From positions 14,756,001 through 14,820,000 of the forward strand of contig JBHGNT010000016.1 in the NCBI GenBank assembly GCA_043228905.1: DNA of 64,000 nucleotides, given 5' to 3'. Below, one piece after another: positions 37,201 to 51,453 of the stretch. The number at the start of each line of letters is the position of its first letter. The first letter of the stretch is position 1. Under the pieces are notes generated by a model that was given only the letters and a program-made list of their open reading frames with translations, searched no databases and was not told where the DNA came from. Source of the DNA: Azolla caroliniana (Eukaryota; Plantae; Polypodiophyta). A program made the position numbers and the translations under genes.

Positions 37201-39760
37201 TTAAAAGTGAAAACCGTGTCGACCGAGAAGGCCTCGACATCGGCTAATGTGAGATTACGCCGGTCTACCCACCAAAAGAATCATGTTTTGCGGTTCGGAT
37301 ACAATGAGTACATGGCGCATCATTATGCGTACATGACCTATGTAGCGGAAGTGCGTGAGCCGGAGAGCTACGCAGAAGCGGCTAAAGACGCGAATTGGCG
37401 TGCCGCGATGGAGGAAGAGATGCACGCATTGGCGGAGAACGAGACCTGGGACCTGGTTGGCGCACCAACAGGGGTAAAACCGATCGGGTGTAGGTGGGTG
37501 TACAAGGTCAAGTACAACACCGATGGCTCGGTCCACCGGTACAAGGCTCGGCTAGTGGCAAAGGGCTACACGTAGAAACACGGCATCGACTACGATGAAA
37601 CTTTTGCGCCGGTCGCAAAAATGACGACCGTCCGTGTTTTGCTCGCAGTAGCCGCGGCCAAGGGGTGGCACCTACATCAAATGGATGTAAAGAATGCGTT
37701 CCTGCAAGGTGACCTTGAGGAACAGGTGTACATGGTACAGCCTCCCGGATTTCACTCGGGAACGAACTCCTCGGCAGTATGCCGACTGAAGAAGTCCCTT
37801 TACGGACTGAAGCAAGCCCCGCGTGCTTGGAACGCGAAGATCACGCAACAACTGTGTCAGATGGGCTTCATCACGTCAAAATCAGACTCTTCCCTGTTCA
37901 TTCGGAAAGGTCGACTCGCACCAGTTAGTATTTTACTATATGTTGATGACTTGGTCATCACCGGCGCCGACCTAGGTGAAATCGACCCCGTGAAGCTTCA
38001 GCTTGCGGCATCGTTCAACATGAAGGATCTGGGGGACCTTCATTACTTCCTCGTGATCGAAGTGATCCGTACCCCCGAAGGCATATTGATCAGCCAACGT
38101 CATTACGTGCTGAGTATGCTCTTCAAATTCGGGATGGCCGACTGTAAGTTCGTCTCGACTCCTCTGGACAGAACCGTCCAGCTTCGTCCCGATACGGGAA
38201 AGGTATGCGACCCAACGAGGTTCCGACAAATTGTCGGAAGCCTCATATACTTGACCATCACCCGACCCGACCTCAGTTATCCGGTCGGAGTGATCAGTCA
38301 ATTCATGGCGCGACCTACCGAGGAGCACCTTCAGTGTGCGCAACGCATACTTCGGTATGTCAACGGCACTAAGGACCGCGGACTGCTATATCGGACCGGT
38401 GCAGCCGCGCAGTTAGTCGGCTACACCGATGTTGATTGGGCTGGCAACGCCGCCGATCGCCGCGTGGAGCAGTAAGAAGCAGCCGACAATTGCATTGTCG
38501 AGCACCGAAGCTAAGTACCGAGGAGCGGCTGTCGCGACATGCGAAGCCATATGGTTGAAGCGGCTACTTAAGGATCTGCAGGTGGATGTGTCCGATCCAA
38601 CGACGATCTACTACGACAACCTCAACAGCATCCAGCTCTCGAAAAACCCCGTTTTCCACGCACGGACCAAGCACATTGAGGTGCACTACCATTTCATCCG
38701 TGAGCGTGTCCTTTCCGGTGAAGTCGAACTTCAGTACGTTCCGACGGATCGGTAGACTACCGACATCTTCACCAAGCCTCTTGGTCTAGACAAGTTGCAG
38801 CAATTCTCAGGTGCGCTCGGGTTGCGTCACCTTGACGTGCCGAATTTGAGGGGGAGAACAGTCCCGAACGACCAAGCAAGGCAGCAGGAAAGGAGCGGAG
38901 ACCGCGACACCGAGTCGATTGTCGAGTTCGACTTCGGATCGGCTGAAGAAGCCGAGGACGGACCCGTGGGGAAGTCCGGAAGCAGACAAAAGGGGAGCAA
39001 CCGAAGCAGAGAGCCAAAGCCAACCACGCATGGGGAAGATGACGCCACCGAGGGCGAGAAGACCGAAGACGAGTTGGAGACAGCCAACTCGGACGAGAGC
39101 GAAAACCGATCGGAGGTAGCCGAGTCGGTTCGGATGTTTGATTCAGACACGCTAAATCAACCGAGGCCCAAGCGGAAGAAAAGGAAGCAGGAGAAGCGTC
39201 AACACCGCAACATCAGAAGAGCTAATAAGGGCCGCATGAGCAGACAAGCCGACCGGAAGGGTCGAAGCGCGCGGAGTCGAGGAGCGCGAGCGAGGCGTGA
39301 AGCCAAGAGGAACCAGAGCTGTGAGCCCGATGATCCCGAAGAGCCTCGAGTTGAGCTTGAGGGGGAGTGTTGAGAGACAAGCTCAACATCGGCCAGATCA
39401 GCTGAAGAAGCCGAGGACCGGATCGATTGGGACTGATCGGTTAGGCCGAGTGCGTAAACCGGGAGGCCGTTAGGAAAGATATTCCGTGAGGAATATATTT
39501 GGGAGTTAGTGTAGGAGCTCTTAATGAGCATTGAAGTACCGTCAGTACTTCAGTCAGTCCTTCGAGGACTTGTATAAAAGTGTTCATGGAACACACATGT
39601 GTATAGAGTAGTGAATCGAGATCTTTTGTTGTTGAATATTGTTCTTCTTTCTCTCTCTGTCTCTCCCCAGTATACTGCGTAAGCTCAACCTCTCCATTAA
39701 ACCTGAGTTTTCTATCTTCTGTTCGGTCTTCATACTTGCTTCCGCACGCTACTTTCTACA
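34214..39760 (+). mobile_element. Full-length Ty1/copia element with disrupted pol (element I)
   Basis: 393-bp LTRs 34214-34606 and 39368-39760, TSD AGGAC 34209-34213/39761-39765, PBS 34607-34618, PPT gagggggag; CWYCGKKGHRESEC, WYVDSGASNHM, LYVDDLV, KNPVFHARTKHIE. Confidence 0.96.
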
Positions 39761-41488
39761 AGGACCAAGTTGGCATCCCATGCACTTAAGTGTATATTTC
39801 TTGGTTATGGAAGTGATGGGGACTTTGGCTATCAGTTGTGGGACCCAAAGAACCGGAAATTGATCCGGAGTAGTGACGTAGTTTTCAATGAAGACTTAAT
39901 TCCCTCTCGATGAAACCAACTAAAAATGTCTCCTTCGATATCGACAGAGATGCTAGTACAAATATGTATGTCATTCAGGCAAGCCCAAATACAAAGTTTA
40001 GCTCATCGTAAAGGGATTCAAACAAGAACATGGTGTCGCCTACAATGAGATATTCTCACTAGTAGTCAAGATGATCTCCTTTTGATTCCTACTTGGGGTC
40101 ATGGTGATTGAAGACCAAGAGCTCAAGCAGTTGGACATTAAAGACGGCATCCCTACATGGAGACTTGGTAGAAGACATCTATATGTCTCAACCGGCAAGC
40201 TTCACAACGATGGGGGAGGAAGGTCACCTCGTATGTCTATTAAAGAAAAGCATGTATGGCTTAAAACAATCGCCGAGGATGTGGTATTAGAAATTTGATA
40301 CCTACATTCGGCAACTCGACTACTGCCGGTCCGACTTCGACGCATGTATGTATATTCAACAATTGGCAAAAGAGTCCCGTATCTATCTAATCCTATATGT
40401 CAATGACATGCTCATTGCAGGGACCAATCAAGTATAGATCGGAAAACTAAAGCGGAGCCTTCACGACAAATTTGTGAATCATGAAGAAATTCATGCAAGC
40501 CCAACACATGTTGGGAATGAGGATCGAGGGAAATCGGATGACAAATACTCTTTGACTCTCCCAATCTGACTACATTCATAAGGTGTGGAAGCGCTTCAGC
40601 ATGAAGAACCTGAAGCCAGCATCGACTCCGCTACCAACGTTGATCAGACTATCGAACAAAGACTCTCCTTCGATAGGTGAGGACAGAAGGCTCAATGGAA
40701 AGATACCCTACACATCGCCCGTAGGAAGTATCATGTACGCAATGGTGGCGACCTGGCCCGACCTTGCCTATGTCGTAGGGGTCATTAGTCAATACATGTC
40801 AAACCCAGGATGGAAGCATTGGGTGGTTGTCAAGCACATCTTTAGGTATCTCAGAGGAACCAAGGATGCACGTCCTACTTTCCAATCGGCCAATCCGACC
40901 AAAGTTGAAGGCTATATTGACTCCGACTATGCCGGAAATACGGATAATTGGAAGTCGATATCAAGCTATCTTTTCACATATGGTGGTCGAAGCTTCAAGA
41001 GTGCACAACCCTATCTACCACATAGGCTAAGTGCATAGCAGCATCGGAGGCAACGAAGGAAGCCATCTATCTGCACCAACTGTCAATTGACTTTTCGGTG
41101 ACAAGACAAATCGACCATCCAATGTCAATCATTTATTGCAACTCTCAAAACTCTATACACCTCATTTAAAATCCAATCTATCATGTAAAGAAAAAACACA
41201 TTGAGGTGCGGTTTCATCATATCCATGAGCTCCTAACAGAGAAAAAGCTCAAAGTCCAAACAATCAACACCGAGGTGAATATTGTCGATTGCCTGACAAT
41301 GCAACTTCCAGATCAACATTTCAAAACACTGAAGACAATGATGGGGCTAGGACAAGAGCCCGAGCAGAAAGAAGCCAACGAACAACAGCAGAAGGGAAGA
41401 TGAAGGTCGACCCAGTCGGACGAACCAAGAAGGCAAAATCCAAAGAGTCGGAATACCGGGAAGATGAAGATGCAACACTGAGCGAGGA

Positions 41489-41550
41489 TGTTAGGGGCAT
41501 GACCATGTAATATCCCATGGTGAGAATTTACCATAGCATTCTATACACGT
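41489..41550 (+). repeat. Left terminal inverted repeat
   Basis: tgttaggggcatgaccatgtaatatcccatggtgagaatttaccatagcattctatacacgt. Confidence 0.92.
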
Positions 41551-41844
41551 TGTTGTGCCTTTCGGCGCCGGATCGTTGCGTGAGTCGGGTGGGAACAGCC
41601 GGGGTTTTGGACTAGGAGGAGGAAGAATTTGAGGCTAATCTAGTTATGAGTAGATTACAAGAAAGAGATATAGAAACTTGTGAATCCCACAAGTATAGAT
41701 TATTAGATTTATTACTATTTAGAATACTAATAACAATTTATCATAGATTGGAAGAGATAGATTATATAAAACTTCGTGAATCCCACGATTATATTTTATT
41801 AATTGATGTTTTAGGAAATATATCCAATTTCCAAATATTTCACA

Positions 41845-41853
41845 CCCCCCTTT
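41845..41853 (-). promoter_or_regulatory. Polypurine tract of the TIR-bounded Gypsy
   Basis: Minus strand aaagggggg followed directly by TGTG, just after the end of pol. Confidence 0.65.
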
Positions 41854-42019
41854 ACATTGTGCTCCCCATCCTTATATAATGATGAGAGAGTCTTCACAAT
41901 CCATGCTTTTTCGACACTTACCCTTAGACAATGTCTTAGAATTGTGAGGTACACGTAAAAATACCTTCTGTCCAGGGTGGAATACACAAAGTTGCCTAGG
42001 ATGATCGACATAAAAACGC

Positions 42020-45000
42020 TGTCGTGGAGAAAACCGTCCCTAGGCAGAAACCGGGTATAATGTGCGTAAACCGGCCCTTACACATGGGCACAAGTTTTGT
42101 TGTATAGTACGTAGGTAGGTACAAGTCGCCTAAGGCGAAATCCTAGGTAGTACGCGTTCGGTAGGGAGGAAATCGAGGTGTATCCCTGTCCGAAAGGACA
42201 GGGAATAAACATGATGTAACGAGTGGTAACGGCCTCCCTCCTTGGGTTATAAAAGATAGGGAGAAGTGAGAGAAAGATATCGCATTTTGGGGAGCGTGGA
42301 GGAAGTGCTATCGAACCGGGACCGAGCTCTCTCCTCCATTGTTCAACTTTCTCTGCAGGATTTCGGACTGTGTAGCCTCTGCTTCGTGGACAGCCCGTGT
42401 GCTTCCGGCAGAGGCTCCACTATGCAATCGGGATGTGTGTGTGTGTGTGTCCGCCTGGGTTGGGTCCGTCGCCAGCTTGCCAGTTGTAATCGTTGTCGAT
42501 TGTAATTAAGACTTTCTTCTCTATCTCTTTCCTCCTCTGTGTTTCTGCAAGCTGATCTCTCTATGTTCCTCCTCTGACTCCATCGTGGACTTGGTGAAGC
42601 GAAAGAGGCTCTCGACAGAACCGGAACTGGAGAGGCCGGTGGAAGTGCGGACGACACACTTAGAGGACAAGGCCCTAGAGGATGAGTTGGCGGAAAGCCA
42701 CTACGCGAAGCCGCATTGGGTTAGGGCCACTACGGAAACCCCTTGTTCGGATTGGCAATGTCCAAGAGCCGGTGGTGGCATTGGTAGAACACGGTTCGGA
42801 GATCAACCTAATGTCCATGGACTTCTATAAAAGGGGGAAATGGCCGATCAACACCAAGCACGGGTGGAAGATACGCGCGGTGATGCACGCTACAGAGGAG
42901 CTGCATGGTGCGTGCCCGAACGTACGCGTGAAGATCGACGACGTCGAGATAGATCAGCACTTCTTCGTGCCGGAGACTTCCTCGCACTCGGTAATTCTCG
43001 GCGAACTGTACATTACGGCAACGCGCATGGAGACGAAAGTACTGGACAACGGTTCGGCGTATGCGCGCGTCAAGAGCGAAGACACCCTGGAAAAACCCCA
43101 TAAATGTACTATAGGCAAAAACACCTGTACCATAGGTAGAAAATTTTGGTTCTCCGATAGCGGTGGTTGTACGATAGACGGCGTAATTGGCCGGGAAAAG
43201 AAGCGGACGGAGGAGCGGCTTTGGGCGTGCGGAGTCCTCAGCCCTGAAGAGGAAATCAACGGAGCCGTGCAGGCAGTCTCTTTCGACGACACCTTGGGGA
43301 AGTTATGGGAGGTGTTCGGAGAAGGCCTTAATGAGGACCGGATGATTCCTGTATGTTCGGAAAACATGTACGAAGTCATCGCCGACTTCGGTAGTGGACT
43401 CGAGTCGGATCGGACGGCCCAAGTGGATACGAAGTACAAGACTGTGGACCGGAAGGTGAGGCCAGTCGTGGAACCCTTGCCGGAGGGCAGCGAGTCACGG
43501 ATAAAGGGGGTTGCGTCAAACCCAAGTTTACGAACTCCGGCCAGCATAGGACACACGTTCACCGACGTAACACTACGGGAGCTCAAGATCAGTGGGGTTG
43601 GCTTTCTACTGCCGGCGGAAGAGGACCGGTTTCGGAGAATGCTCGGGAGGCACGGGAAGGCTTTCGCATTCTCACTAGATGAGATCGGGTGCGTCGACCC
43701 GAAGGTTGTGGAATCAATGGTGATCTTCACGGTACCGCATGTGCCGTGGAGTCTCAAACCGATTCCAGTACCCAGAGCTCACATCCCGAAGCTGATGAAG
43801 CTACTGAAACAGAAGGTGGAGATGGGCATCCTCGAACCGTTAAGTGCCCCATATTCGAATCGGTGGTTTACCGTGCCGAAGAAGAACGGCACACTGTGCT
43901 TCATACAGGACCTACATACGGTCAACAAGGTGACCATTCGAAACGCAGGTATCGGACCGACCATCGCTGAGTTCGCGGAGGCCTTCGCAAGGAGGTCGAT
44001 CTACTCGATCGGGGACCTGTACTCAAGCTACGATCAGTTCCAGCTAGCCATAGAGAGCAGGGATGTCACGACGATGCAGACTCCTCTCGGCCTAGTTCGG
44101 ATGTGTACCTTGCCGCAAGGAGGAACGAACTCGGTGGCGCACATGGTGAATGCGATGAACAAGGTGTTGAGGGACTGCATTACAGACATCACCATGCCGT
44201 TTCTGGACGACATCCCGATCAAAGGATATCCAATGGAGGACAAGGACGAGTCTATCGGGCCCGGCGGTTGCCGAAGGTTTGTGACGGATCACATCTGCAA
44301 GAAGGTGCTACAAAGACTTGAGAGCGCGCGGCTCACCTTATCCGGAGAAAAATCAGCATTCAGACAGCTGGAGATCCTGGTAGTCGGACACCTGTGCGGG
44401 CCTTATGGCCGGAAACCGTCCCCGGCAAAGGTAGAAGCCATCTCCGTGATGAAGGACGATTGCAGGTCGGTTATGGAGGTCCGCAGATTCTTGGGTGCAT
44501 GCGCGTTCTACCACATCTGGATTCCGCACTACGCACATGTCGCGGAACCACTCTACGGGCTATTTAAGAAAGGGTGTAGGTTCGAGTGGAGGACGGAGCA
44601 CATGGAGTCGGTCCGGAGGCTGAAGGAGGCGCTTGCTGCGGCACCGGCTTTCCGGAAAGCGGTTTACGGCAAGTCGCCATCTACGTGACGGTGGACACGA
44701 GCCCGATCGGGATCAGGTGGGTGATCAGTCAGGAGGACAAGGACGGCATACGGTTCCCAATCTGTTTCGAGGTGAAGGTATTGAGCGAGTGGCAGCGAGG
44801 ATACGCCCAAGTTCAGCGCGAGTTGTGGGGTATCGTTTCGGTAGTAAAGGCCGACAAGGACTATCTGATCGGGACGGAAGTGGTCATCGAGACGGACTGC
44901 CAACCGATTCTAGGTCTGGTCTCCGGATGCGCGACTCCGGACCTGGCGATGCTCAGGTGGATCGCGTACATCAAGTCCCTGAACCCGGAGATACAACACA

Positions 45001-47210
45001 TCTCCGGGAAAGATAATGCCATGGCCAATATGCTTTCAAGGGCGCGGTTCAGTGACGAGGACGGCATGGTTTCGGATAACGAGGAAGTCGGCGAGGATTT
45101 CTTCGGGTCAGCCAACCTAGCAACAGGGAAGGGGAGCACTCCGGCGCTTAACGAATTCGACGAGAGCAAGTACGACGGGGAGTGGCTCCAGATCGGCGGG
45201 TTCCTAAAGGCAATGACACCGGACACGGAATGGACGAAGGAAGAGGCCAACTGGATTCGGAAGAAAGCGTACCGATTCTTTCTACGGGACGGGAGCATAT
45301 GGAAGCACCCGAAGAAGAGAGACGGCATCCCGCTCCGAGTGGTGGCGAAGAAAGAGGAATAGGAAGAATTGATGACGGCGTACCACGAGAGTCCCTAGGC
45401 TGGACACCGCGGGATGTGGGCCACATTCGAGAAGCTAAAGGGGAAGTACTGGTGGCCGGGACTATACCGAGACGTGCATTGGTTCGTGACGACTTGCGAA
45501 AGCTGTCAAGTGCACTCCATCGTCCGACATCGGGACGAGCTCCACCCGACCTACCCTCCGACTGTCCACTTCAAGTGGATGGTGGATCTTGTGACGATGT
45601 TGATGGGGGTAGGGCAGATGCGGTATTTGGTGCTGGCTCGGGAGGACCTGATGAACCAGGTGGAAGGCCGAGCATTGCAGAGGAAAACGACCGCCGTCGA
45701 GCGCCGATTTCTGATCGAAGAAGTGGTATGCCGGTACGGGTGCGTAGGTAAGATCGTGGCCGACCGCGGGGAATTAGATGCACAAGAGGCGGAAGAGCTG
45801 TTTGACCGGCTACGAATTAAACTCTCGCTCACCACGGCGTACAATCCGGAGGCTAACGGGAAGGTGGAGCGCGGACATGGGCCAATCATCAAAGCGTTGG
45901 TACGGGCGTGGGGAGGCCATGTCGGGAACTGATTGTGGGCGGACCGAACTATGCACAGTTCAGTAACCGGGTTCATGCCGGCAGAGCTAATGTATAGGCA
46001 GAAGCCGATCATGGCAACGGAGCAGACAATCTCCTCATGGGCCACGGTGTAATGGAACAACGAGATGAGCTAGGAGGAGCTGTTAGCGGCACCGATTCGG
46101 CAGCTGGAACGAAGACCGGAGGACGTGGACTGAGCCACGGAGAAGCTACGGGTGGCCAGGGTAATGAACAAAGGACGGTTTGACCGGACTCACCGACTGA
46201 GACTGAAGAAGATCGAGGAAGGCGACTGGGTTTTGGTGTATGACAGCAGCCTCGACAACCAACACCAGGCAAAGCGGAAGTTTGGAAGAAGATGGTTCGA
46301 GCGCCAACGACAATGGGACCTACCATCTTGCAGAGCTTGATGGGACAAGGATGGCGGTACCGGTGGCGGGGAAAAGGATCAAAGCATTCAAAAAGTGGCA
46401 CGAGGCTGAACCAGACCCGGATGACCTGGATAGCGACAACGACCGGCTCGAAACGGATGCCGATCCGGAAGACGAAGGATAAGCGTGGGCCGGTCTTCTT
46501 TGGCAAGAGGCTAATTTTGGCGCATACCGGTAGATGCGCGGTTAGGTGGGGGCGGATGTCGTGGAGAAAACCGTCCCTAGGCGGAAACCGGGTATAACGT
46601 GCGTAAACTGGCCCTTACACGTGGGCACAAGTTTTGTTGTATAGTACGTAAGTAGGTACAAGTCGCCTGAGGCGAAATCCTAGGTAGTACGCGTTCGGTA
46701 GGGAGGAAATCGAGGCGTATCCCTGTCCTTTCGGACAGGGAATAAACATGATGTAACGAGTGGTAACAGCCTCCCTCCTTGGGTTATAAAAGAGAGGGAG
46801 AAGTGAGAGAAAGATATCGCGTCTTGGGGAGCGAGGAGGAAGTGTTGTCGAACCGGGACCGAGCTCTCTCCTCCATTGTTCGACTTTCTCTGCAGGATTT
46901 CGGACTGTGTAGCCTCTGCTTCGTGGACAACCCATGTACTTCTGGCAGAGGCTCCACTGTGCAGTCGGGCTGTGTGCATGCGTGAGCATCATGTGTCTGT
47001 GTGTGTGTCCGCCTGGGTTGGGTCCGTCGGCAGCTTGCCAGTTGTAATCGTTGTCGATTGTAATTAAGACTTTGTTCTTTGTCTCTTTCCTCCTTTGTGT
47101 TTCTGCATGTTGCTCTCTCTCTCTCTCTCTCCCCTCTATCTCACGCCCCTTGGTTCAAGGCCCCCGCGGTCCCACCTCTTTTCGAACGCGAAGAGCGTAA
47201 CAACACGACA
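42020..47210 (+). mobile_element. Non-chromoviral-type Ty3/gypsy LTR retrotransposon with 4-bp TSD, nested in the integrase of the TIR element
   Basis: 5' LTR 42020-~42575 (3' end, PBS and most of gag deleted), 3' LTR 46557-47210 (TGTCGTG...CACGACA), PPT aggtgggggcgga, TSD ACGC 42016-42019/47211-47214; removal restores KTAQDRARFYVDH. Confidence 0.93.
42585..46482 (+). pseudogene. Gypsy protease-RT-RNase H-integrase with frameshifts
   Basis: LVEHGSEINLM, TKYKTVDRKVRPV, LPQGGTNS, PFLDDIPI, TVDTSP, IETDCQP, IVADRGE, AYNPEANGKVERGH. Confidence 0.9.
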
Positions 47211-49961
47211 ACGCGCTCTATCTTGAGCTGTTTTTATATTATCTCGTGCAATATGCAACATATCCTGCATATCCCGAAGAAAGTTTTGCGTACTTCGCAA
47301 CTCATCATGATGTATATTAACATCAATCGGGGCTCGTGGCTGAAAACCATACATCAACATAAAAGGACTATATCCCGTCGACGTATGCTTGGAGCTGTTA
47401 TAAGCAAACTCCAAAATTGGGAGATAACGTTCCCATTTTTTTGGTTTTGCACCAACGTATGCTCGAAGCATGTCCTCAAGAATTTGATTTACTCGTTCTA
47501 TTTGTCCATCGGATTGAGGATGATCCGTGGAGCTCATGCTCAACGTAATTTCTAACTTCTTAAAGACTTGTGTCCAAAAGTTACTAGTAAATTTTTGATC
47601 TCGATCACTCACAATATCCATCGGTAACCCATAAAAACGAAATAACTCGTCAACGAATTGGTAAGCCAATTCAGGAGTTGTTACCGTGGTTTTAGTAGCA
47701 ATAAATCTAGCCATTTTAGTTAGTCTATCAACAACAAACCAAATGGCATCATGGCCTTTTTGGGTGCGAGGAAGGCTAACAATAAAATCCATGGATATAC
47801 TTTCCCACTTATTATTGGGAATGTCCAAGGGATGTAAAAGTCTTACGGCTTTAAGTCACTCGGCTTTGTTAACCTGACATTGGTGACATTTAGTCACATA
47901 GCTATGTTTGTCAGGGCGCATCTTAGGCCAATAGAATTGAGTGGAGATGAGAACAAGTGTGCAATGTATTCCAGGGTGCCCTACTAAGGGTGCATCATGG
48001 CATTAAAAAAGAATCCTCTTTTTGACCTCGGGGAAATCTGGAACACAAACCTTCCCATTACGGTAGAGCTAACCGTTAGCAATGTGGAAGTATTTCTTCA
48101 AGGATGTGGTGGTGTCTGTTCCAGACTCAAGTCTTGCCCAGCCAATAGAATTGAGTGGAGATGAGAACGAGTGTGCAATGTATTCCAAGGTGCATCGTGG
48201 CATTCAAAAAGAATCCTCTTTTTTACCTCGAGTAAATTTGGAACAAAAACCTTCCCATTACAGTAGAGCTGACCGTTAGCAATGTGGAAGTATTCCTTCG
48301 AGGATGTGGTGGTGTCTGTTCCAGACTCAAGTCTTGCCCAGTATTTTGCAAAATAACTGTCATCAGGATACTTTCCTCGAAGGTGATCATAAAGATTTGA
48401 TGATATTTCAATGAAGCTAAGTATGTTAACTTCATGGATGCGACTTAGTGCATCAGCGACAGTGTTCATGGAACCTTTACGATATCGTATGGAAAAATCA
48501 AAGTCCCGGATGAGATCAGCCCATCGTGCCTTACGACCTTTCAGGTCTTGTTGGTCACAAAAATATTTCAAGGACTCGTGGTTCGTATTTACCACAAAGC
48601 AATTTCCATAAAGATAATGGCGCCATGTTTTGAGCGCATGTATAACTCCAAATAATTCCTTTTCTTGAACGGTATACCGACATTGAGAAGAGTCAAGTTT
48701 CCTACTCTCGAATGCTATTGGTTTACCATCTTGATATAAGATAGCGCCTATAGAAATCCTCTTATTGGCGTTAACAAAGTTTATATTAGAAAAGTATTGA
48801 TATTTATGTACATATATAATATAATCGCTTGCATCGGTTTCAACCTCAAAAGGTTTTGAAGGATCGGGTAAAAGAAGTGAAGGAGCCTTGCACACCAGGT
48901 CCTTGAGTTCCTTGAAGATGAGGTCTAGTGTAGCATTCCAGACAATAGGTTTTGTAGACTTAGGCATTTGACCTTTTAGAAGTAAACGCCATCGTCAATT
49001 GGGAGTAATTACAAAGGGACTTTCGCAAAAACCAGACAAAACCAAGGAATGATCGAACTTCTCGAATGTTCCGAAGAGTGGGCCAAAGCTTGATTTTCTC
49101 GATGCGAGAAGGATCAATTTCAACTCCTCGTTCGGTTATGAGATGTTCAAGATAAGTAATTGATTTCTTGAAGAACTCACATTTTGAGATCTTCGCATAA
49201 AACTGTTTGTCACGCAATGTTTGTAAAACAAAGCGGACATGTTTAGCATGTTCATGTAATGTATGGCTATAAACTAAAATATCATCTAAGAAAATAACGA
49301 CAAATTTTCCAAGTTGTTCTCGGAAAATGTCATTCATTTCTTGTTGAAATGTAGTCGGAGCATTGGTCTAACCAAAAGGCATAACCAAAAACTCATACTA
49401 GCCATAGCGCATACGAAATGTCGTTTTAGGAACATCGTCCTCACTTATACGTATTTGATGGTAGCCAGTACGGAGATCAAGTTTCATAAAATACTGAGCT
49501 CCCTGGAGATGGTCAATTAGATCGTCAGCCTGGGGCAATGGATACGAATTCTTGATCGTCACTTTATTCAAGCGTCGGTAATTAATGCACATACGCCATG
49601 TGCCCTCTTTCTTTTTAACCAAGAGAACTGGTGCACCCCATGGAGATTTACTATAACGTATATAACGCATTCGTAAATAGTCCTTGAGTTGCTTAGATAC
49701 CTCATCCTCTTCGGATCGACTTAAGCGATAAGGATGTATACTTATTGGTGCAACGCCTGGTACAATATCTATACAATGGTCTATATTATGTTTAGGAGGT
49801 AACCCATCTGGTAGTTCACTCGGAAAAACATCACGAAACTCATTTAAGATTTCATCAAGTTGTTGTTGTTCAAAATATGTTAATTGGACCGAGACATTAT
49901 CGATATTGTAAACGTGAATGTTCGGATCAAGTACACAATAAAATAGAGTAGAACAAGACAA
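47211..49961 (-). pseudogene. Gypsy RT, RNase H and integrase of the TIR-bounded element; integrase tail continues at 42019-41877
   Basis: [75 protein letters not shown]. Confidence 0.92.
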
Positions 49962-50031
49962 CTCGGATATTGATGGAGAGGAAATAATCGAGAGGGATTG
50001 GTTTTTTACACGTTGAATAAAATGAGTACAA

Positions 50032-51453
50032 TCATTCAGTACAAAGGAAATGGAATGATGAACCCAATTGATAGATAAAGAAGAGTTTTTTATTATAGAA
50101 CCAAGGATAACCCAGTATTACATCAGTGGTACAAAGATTCATTACATGGAAGCCTACTTCCTCTATGTAAGTATCAATAGAAATTCCTAATGAATGAATC
50201 GCCCCGTTGATGTATTGTACTCTTCCATCAGTCAAGTGCACCGTATAGGTGTGATCACTTACGTTGGGTTGGATTCCCCATATCTGAACCAAACGATCAT
50301 TCACAAAATTGTGTGAGCTTCCCGAATCAAACAAAAATTGTACGGGAGATCCATTGATATACCCGTTTGCATGTAGTAAATCATTGGAACCGAATACATA
50401 GTGAGGGAAAGAACATTGACAATTACTTAAATGATGTGTATAGACCTGAAGGACATTAGGAATTTGACCTTCATGGTCTGCAGCTTTAGCTTTGCTATCA
50501 TGCTCTTTCTGTTGGAGCTTTCGACATTGCTCTTTTGTATGACCCTTCTTTTTGTAGTATACGCAAAAAGGATGTTGTCGCTTACAATTGCAATCCATGA
50601 ATTCATTGGGTGTCTTGCGTTTCCCAACAAATTGCGACTGCTTAGTCCCGGGCGCTTCATTGGGTTTGTTGTAGTCCTTCTTCGAAGTGCGTAGATAGCA
50701 AAGAATTATTTCAACGGCCTCTTCGAAGGATTTTGGATCCTTATCGTGCACTATCCAGTGATAGTCCGAATTGGGGATGCCATTGACAAAACAAGCTATT
50801 AACCAGTTGTCCCCTTCTAGACCCGATTTTTGAATTTGGGTTCTAGCATGGTGGACATAGTCTTCTAGAGAGGAAAATTTCCGACTAGAGAGGTTCATTA
50901 AAGCTTGTGCTGCCTCAGTTCGAGAGGGAGGTTGCAAAAATTGGCCCTTGAAAACTGTGACAAAATCCCTCCAAGTATTGGGCAATTTCCCCAAAGTACG
51001 GAGCCCACGCCACCAGGTGGCGGCCTTACCCCCTAGTTCTTGGCCGACATATGCAATCTTCGTACTATCTGGCGTGGGATAGAGCTCAAAATGAGACTCC
51101 CATCAGCCCAACCACTTGCAGATTGCTTCTTCGGTTCTTTCATTTTTGTCTCCTGTAAATGGCTTAACGACAACTGATGGTTCACCCTGTCGCTCATCAG
51201 GTCTATTAGTCTCACGTTGTAGAGTAATGACACGTGCCTCGACAGCACTTTGAGATTGCCGAAGTTTGGTCATCTGTTGAGCGGTGAAACTAAGGTATTG
51301 GGTTATTTGCGAAAAATACATCTCAATGGACATTTGTCCAAGAGGATTTCCTTGAGTTCCTTCCGCTTGAGCGGATGACATCGGGTTGTTATTTTGAGCC
51401 ATTGAATGATTATTTCTGGCAAAGAAATAGGATAAGGTCAGAAAAATAGTCAT
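50032..51453 (-). pseudogene. Gypsy gag, Zn knuckle and aspartic protease of the TIR-bounded element
   Basis: [49 protein letters not shown]. Confidence 0.88.
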
